The position numbers and the translations under genes were made by a program. From Spirochaetaceae bacterium (lineage in GTDB: Bacteria > Spirochaetota > Spirochaetia > DSM-2461): 64,000 nucleotides of DNA. Location of the stretch: positions 672,001 to 736,000 of the forward strand of contig OZ245056.1 in assembly GCA_965224705.1 (NCBI GenBank). Reading direction: 5' to 3'. Shown one piece after another: positions 59,176 through 64,000 of this stretch. Positions within the stretch are counted from its first letter, which is position 1, and each line of letters starts with the position of its first letter. The notes beneath the pieces were generated by a model, which searched no databases, was not told the origin of the DNA, and saw only the letters and a program-made list of their open reading frames with translations.

Positions 59176-60340
59176 AAGTCACCATAACTCCCTCTGGTAC
59201 ATCACTCTCATCATGATACTTATTGCCGCACTGGTTGTCTGGGCAATAATTGCGCTCAGAATTGATGTATTCACGGAGGCTTTGAAACGGGATGAACCGA
59301 TTACATTTTTAATCACTATTGATGATGGAAGTAAACCGCTACTAACCGAAGTATTGATTTTCAACCCTCACAGTCTCAACGGCGCTCTCATTGCCCTGCC
59401 AAAGGAAACCGGGATGCTGCTTTCGGCTATCGATAAAGTTGGCCGATTGGAGTTGATATATGATCCAGACAATATTGCCCCATACACACAGGCTGTCAGC
59501 GAGCTGTTAAACAGACCTGTCGACTTCACCATTCGCTTTCATCTGAATGATTTTGAACATTTTGTGGACTATCTTGGCGGTCTGAATCTGTTTACCCCAA
59601 AAGCTGTTGATGCTGTGGTGGATGGAAAACGTTATTTATTTCCTCCTGGAGGAGTAAAATTTGACGGCGCAAAGGCCCGTTCCTATGTGGAATATCTACC
59701 ATCCGATGAGCACATTGATGAGCGCACCGACCGTGAACATCGAATCATTCAGTCACTTCTTCGAGGTATTGGTGAGAACGTCCATCAATTGCTGCATGAT
59801 TCGGTCTTTCCATTCATTCTTCCATTAATTCACGTTGATTTTGAACAGCAGGGGCTGAAATCTTTTTTCAGAACGATTTCCGAAATCTACACTGACAGAC
59901 TTGTATTTCAGGGAATACTGGGTAACAAGAGAATTCTTGAAGATACAACGATCCTGTTCCCATACTATGATGGGAAGCTCATCAAGGAAACTGTTAAGCG
60001 TATAACAGATACCCTTGCCCGGGATGACAATTTCGGCGAAGACTTACTCACAGTGCGAGTTGAGATTCAAAATGGAACAACGGTTAATGGCCTGGCCTCT
60101 CGAACAGCCCAGGTATTTGAAAGCTATGGGTTCAGAGCCGTATCAGTGACCAATGCGGACAGAGATGATTATGAACGGACCATTGTTCTGGATCGGCGCG
60201 GGAACCCTGAAGCCGCGCAACGGGTTGCAGAGCTCATTCGGTGCGAACTAATCTATTCCAGAGTGGAAGAAAACCGGGATGAAACTGTCGATGTTACCCT
60301 TATCCTCGGCAAGGACTTCCGGGGACGCTATGTAGAATAA
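59147..60340 (+). CDS. LCP-like protein with a C-terminal LytR_C domain
   Basis: N-terminal TM, FVDYLGG, VEIQNGTTVNGLA...NAD...T and DVTLILGKDF. Confidence 0.82.
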   Translation: MALPGNTAARSHHNSLWYITLIMILIAALVVWAIIALRIDVFTEALKRDEPITFLITIDDGSKPLLTEVLIFNPHSLNGALIALPKETGMLLSAIDKVGRLELIYDPDNIAPYTQAVSELLNRPVDFTIRFHLNDFEHFVDYLGGLNLFTPKAVDAVVDGKRYLFPPGGVKFDGAKARSYVEYLPSDEHIDERTDREHRIIQSLLRGIGENVHQLLHDSVFPFILPLIHVDFEQQGLKSFFRTISEIYTDRLVFQGILGNKRILEDTTILFPYYDGKLIKETVKRITDTLARDDNFGEDLLTVRVEIQNGTTVNGLASRTAQVFESYGFRAVSVTNADRDDYERTIVLDRRGNPEAAQRVAELIRCELIYSRVEENRDETVDVTLILGKDFRGRYVE

Positions 60341-60364
60341 CTACTCAGGACAGAAGAATCTCCA

Positions 60365-60580
60365 TCAGTTATCAATTCTGTCATAGTCAGCCATTTCTTC
60401 TTCTGAAACATCATTCTTCTTCTGAGGAATTGAGTCGTTCAGAACATTGTCCCAGTTGTCTTCATCTTCTTCTAACTCATCTGAAGGTAACCCGTTAATC
60501 CCATCATCGTACTCAAAATCATTGTTCAAATCATAGGGATCAACACTGTCATCGAATGCATCATTCTCATCGATATCCAT
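60365..60580 (-). CDS. Small, highly acidic hypothetical protein
   Basis: 71 aa with 28 Asp/Glu. GGAG RBS 5 nt before the ATG. Confidence 0.65.
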   Translation of the reverse strand: MDIDENDAFDDSVDPYDLNNDFEYDDGINGLPSDELEEDEDNWDNVLNDSIPQKKNDVSEEEMADYDRIDN

Positions 60581-60724
60581 TTGAACTCCAGAAATAAGTA
60601 GTTCTATACGATAGAAGCCAGGATGTATATGGTCAATCCCTCGAAACTCATATAACTCTGAGAGACACTGTTATTCAGTGGCCTTGTTTTCCTCCGGTTT
60701 CGCTCCCACGGACAGGCTCCCATT

Positions 60725-62038
60725 TCACAGAAGATTCTTAACCAATATCCGGGAATTCCGTTCCGTATCATACACAGCCAGTTTTTCCGGTGGAAGATCA
60801 TCCATCGATGCCTCTCTGAAACCAAGAGTCAGAAACCAGTCCGCCGTGCGGGTTGTCAGTACAAACAGACAGGTGATTCCCTCTTCAACAGCCTGCTCTG
60901 TAAGGTGTGATATCAGTCTGGAACCAATTCCAAGCTGCGCGTAATGCGGATCGACAGCGACAGCGGCAATCTCGGCACAGTTGCCGCCCCGAGGATGAAG
61001 GGCCGCGCATCCGTGAACAACACCATCCATGGCATACACCCAGTAATCATCCCTCAACTTCTCCAGATCTTCCCGGGTTCGTTCCACAAGTACCCCCTGG
61101 CTTACCAGGGGGCCTATAATGTCAAGAACCCCGGGGACATCTGCCCGTGTCATTTTTCTTATACGTTCGTAATCGCTGGCAAAAACCATGGTTCCCGCAC
61201 CCAGATTAGAGAATATCTCCTTGAGAAGAACTCCGGGTTGTCGGCCGTCGAGAATATGGATTCTATCAACCCCGGCTTCACTTGCTTCAATTGCACTTTT
61301 AAGTACAGCCTGATCTGGGCAGTCTGGATTCAGGGAAAGGATTTCCCTCAGGGAGGAAGGGGTTACTCTAAAAATCCGTCCATCATCAAGGACTTTGAAG
61401 TTGACCGGAACCTTCCAGTCTGGTGTTCGCATTATGGGTTGAGTTCCAAGATGGAATATTTTCTTTGCGTGCAATGCGGCAGCGACTGACACGGTGAGTT
61501 CTTCGGATGAAAGATTGAACGGAGTTCCGATATCATTGTGCCCCACACAGGGGAATATTGCAACTGCTCCCTGATTAAGAGTCCGAACAACGGCCTCTAT
61601 TCGAACCTGATCAACTGTTCCTGTTCGAAGGTAGTCGATTCCATCGATTACGCCCATGGATCTTGACCTGATCCAATTTCCGGTCACAGCCGTAATTCCA
61701 TGTCCTGACAAAGCGGTCATTATCCGATGCGCCATGTCGAAGGCGGCCATTTTTATCAGATCGATGGAATCCGGATCACTGACCCTTATGCCGTTTTCAA
61801 AACGTTGTTTCACGCCGTAACGATTGAGGACCTCATCAATTCGATTTCGGGCATCAGGAATTATGACGATATGAATTCCAGCCTTATGGAGAAGGGCTAA
61901 ATCCCCGGCATGCTGAGGGAAGTCGGGATGATCAAAAATCTCGTTTGCAATCTTGATTATAAAAGTTGACCCCCGGAATCGCTCCGTATAGGTGAAAACT
62001 TCCCGAATCAAATCAACTTCTTCCCGGATATCAGGCAT
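60725..62038 (-). CDS. argA: Amino-acid N-acetyltransferase (N-acetylglutamate synthase; AAK + GNAT domains)
   Basis: AAK-like N-terminus (FRGSTFIIK, GIRV, GVIDGIDY..TG.V, RIHILDG..LL.EIF...G.GT) and a GNAT domain (LTTRTADWF...GF, RNS). Confidence 0.9.
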   Translation of the reverse strand: MPDIREEVDLIREVFTYTERFRGSTFIIKIANEIFDHPDFPQHAGDLALLHKAGIHIVIIPDARNRIDEVLNRYGVKQRFENGIRVSDPDSIDLIKMAAFDMAHRIMTALSGHGITAVTGNWIRSRSMGVIDGIDYLRTGTVDQVRIEAVVRTLNQGAVAIFPCVGHNDIGTPFNLSSEELTVSVAAALHAKKIFHLGTQPIMRTPDWKVPVNFKVLDDGRIFRVTPSSLREILSLNPDCPDQAVLKSAIEASEAGVDRIHILDGRQPGVLLKEIFSNLGAGTMVFASDYERIRKMTRADVPGVLDIIGPLVSQGVLVERTREDLEKLRDDYWVYAMDGVVHGCAALHPRGGNCAEIAAVAVDPHYAQLGIGSRLISHLTEQAVEEGITCLFVLTTRTADWFLTLGFREASMDDLPPEKLAVYDTERNSRILVKNLL

Positions 62039-62469
62039 CAGTTTATGTTATACTCTTTAATTATCCGCTCCAGTGTATATGACTCAAAAAGATCCATGAT
62101 CCGGGCATTCATATCCTTCCAGAAAAACGATACTCGACAATTATCCGTATGCGAGCAATCAACGTAAGAAGTCTGATCATCCACACAGCAGGGAGTCAGT
62201 TGTATGTCTTCTTCAATTGCAGTAAGAATGTCACCGACTGTTATTTCACCGGGGGCTCGTTTAAGCAGAAAACCACCGCCGGCACCTCGAATTGATTTTA
62301 CCAATCCATACCTTTTCAGCTTGTTCAGTATCTGTTCGAGAAATATGGGTGAAATACACTCAGACTGGGTTATTCGTTTCACTGACAGGGGTCTATCCTC
62401 TGTCCACAGAGCAATTTTTATCATGGCTCTCAGAGCATAGCGAACTTTTGACGTAACATTCATAATCAA
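62038..62469 (-). CDS. Rrf2 family transcriptional regulator
   Basis: YALRAM, FLEQILNKL, SIRGAGGGF and Cys-rich CC...C...C..W. Confidence 0.92.
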   Translation of the reverse strand: MIMNVTSKVRYALRAMIKIALWTEDRPLSVKRITQSECISPIFLEQILNKLKRYGLVKSIRGAGGGFLLKRAPGEITVGDILTAIEEDIQLTPCCVDDQTSYVDCSHTDNCRVSFFWKDMNARIMDLFESYTLERIIKEYNIN

Positions 62470-62644
62470 AGTATGGCAGGGTTTATGTATTTTTACAAGG
62501 TGGCCTGTATCAATAAGCGTCTTTGATTTGATCTCTGAGTTGTCCGGCAGTCTTACGAAACGCTGGATCTCCGTGACTCAGCAGCCCGTATGGATAATGA
62601 TGGATAAACCTCACTCAACGGCTGAAATCAAAGGAAAGTGCGGA

Positions 62645-63922
62645 TCAAAAGGAAAACGCTTCGTGATGAATGTGCCGGGAGCGGATACCGGCCATTTTTG
62701 CACAGCGAATGACTTTTTTCATCAAGGGCGGCGGTGCACATGTGTAGAGCTCGCAGCTGTCTGAATGGCTGCCGGGAGACTTGAAGCTGTCTGTGCTGAT
62801 ATTCTCCCCCCGACGATCAATGATGAATTCTGCCTCGAACAGCTGCAGTTTTTCCATGGCCTGTTCAATTATACTTCGGGCAAAGAAATCGGCTTCTTTT
62901 GAACACAACCACAGAAGATGAACCGATTCCTGCAATCCCTGGTCAATTAAACCATCGATAATGCTCAGGAAAGGTGTTATTCCAACACCTCCAGCAATAA
63001 ACAGATTGCGATTGGCCCCCCCGGGTTTGAAGATGAATCGTCCATAGGGGCCGCTGATACTGACCGGAGTACCCACGGTGCACTGCCTGTAGAGTTTTTC
63101 CGTATAATCGCCAACAGCCTTGATACTGACCTTGAAATTTCCACCGGAAGAAACTCTGGAGGAAAACGAAAATGGATGCTCTTCCGCCGGCATATCGGAA
63201 CCCAGAATCCGCATATATCCATACTGACCATTCTGAAACTGAAATGGTCGATTTAATTGACCTATTTTCAAATTGATGATGTGGGCTTCCTCGTGGCGAA
63301 CAATATTCTGGATACAACCCTGTACTCCCTTTTTGGGAGATGATTGTTTTTTATGATTGATAAATATTGCCAGGGCAGTGATCAGATAAGCGGTTACAAT
63401 ACCTGTTCCAACGGGATTACTCTCATGTGCTTCAGAAATAATAGTATGAACCCAGAGGACGACACAAAGCGGCGGCATGGCGTTGTGGAGTAGGCGCAGC
63501 CGATTGTAATTTCCTTTTCTTCCGATGGACAGTGGTGTCTTCACCCATTTTGTAGAGGCCAGCAGCATGAGGTATACGAGCAGAAATCCTGAGATCAACC
63601 CCAGCAATGTGGAAAGAGTACCGATTTCATACCAGTCGAATCGAGTCAGAAAATGCCACGCAAGTAAGGAAAAGGTCAACATGGCTGAAAAAATGTGCAG
63701 ACGAATGGTAAATGGCTGTCCGAAAGCCCTGTCCATTGCACGCACTCTCGATCCGGTCACAATCTGCGTTAACAGATGAAAATACAGGAACACACCAGGC
63801 ATAAGTGGAATCATCAGCCTCAGTGGAGGTTGAAAGGATGTTTGATAGTAGGTATAGAGGGTAAGAACAGGAAAAATAACCCACCCTGCGCACAGAAGAC
63901 TTAAGGCAATCAACTTATTCAT
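62645..63922 (-). CDS. Ferric reductase-like membrane flavocytochrome (TM + FAD + NAD domains)
   Basis: Six hydrophobic segments with paired His (RLH...WH; LLH...VH), EHPFS, GPYG, IAGGVGITPF and terminal EAFSF. Confidence 0.88.
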   Translation of the reverse strand: MNKLIALSLLCAGWVIFPVLTLYTYYQTSFQPPLRLMIPLMPGVFLYFHLLTQIVTGSRVRAMDRAFGQPFTIRLHIFSAMLTFSLLAWHFLTRFDWYEIGTLSTLLGLISGFLLVYLMLLASTKWVKTPLSIGRKGNYNRLRLLHNAMPPLCVVLWVHTIISEAHESNPVGTGIVTAYLITALAIFINHKKQSSPKKGVQGCIQNIVRHEEAHIINLKIGQLNRPFQFQNGQYGYMRILGSDMPAEEHPFSFSSRVSSGGNFKVSIKAVGDYTEKLYRQCTVGTPVSISGPYGRFIFKPGGANRNLFIAGGVGITPFLSIIDGLIDQGLQESVHLLWLCSKEADFFARSIIEQAMEKLQLFEAEFIIDRRGENISTDSFKSPGSHSDSCELYTCAPPPLMKKVIRCAKMAGIRSRHIHHEAFSF

Positions 63923-64000
63923 GGTCAGATTCAGCTATTCAAGAATGAATGGTACTATATGATTGTTAACAATTGGGGAAGCGACTTTTTTTACCGTTGC

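Noticed and set aside
58579..60340. No yqeK or rsfS in the obgE-nadD-LCP run
   Set aside because: These genes could be elsewhere in the genome; absence cannot be judged from one window.
60708..60720. GGACAGGCTCC resembling a family-1 TIR end after argA
   Set aside because: The match is only about 10 bp, with no partner end or interior similarity.

Overview
This window looks like core chromosome from a Spirochaetia bacterium, probably Spirochaetales/Spirochaetaceae-like. That is inferred from gene order such as rpsT-HU/IHF-bactofilin-rho-rpmE, M23 peptidase-bactofilin-YaaR-PSP1 and rplU-prp-rpmA-obgE-nadD-LCP. It holds about 52 housekeeping and metabolic CDSs. These include miaB (partial), lipA, an aroD/aroE fusion, PFOR (nifJ), rimO, uvrD/pcrA, a TCA operon (acnA-sdhA-sdhB-sucC-sucD-gltA), and a long minus-strand run of capD-like, degT-like, a degenerate xanthine-dehydrogenase-like triad, dnaE, yggT, recG and rsmD. 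Also present are clpS-clpA-aat, ribosomal protein genes, argA and a ferric-reductase-like gene. I saw no rRNA, tRNA, CRISPR array, phage or transposase gene. The most notable non-routine signals are: (1) a 161-bp palindromic MITE/ERIC-like element with a 4-bp CYAG-type flank, in 4 full copies plus 1 fragment, showing compensatory base changes; two tandem copies sit in frame inside the degT-like gene and add 110 aa; (2) a second family with terminal inverted repeats (TIRs), copies of which bracket the TCA operon; (3) a candidate promoter-driven ~130-nt structured RNA upstream of rimO; (4) an unannotated 56-aa zinc-ribbon ORF upstream of rpsT; (5) several apparent pseudo-enzymes. All calls come from motif reading alone; no searches were run.
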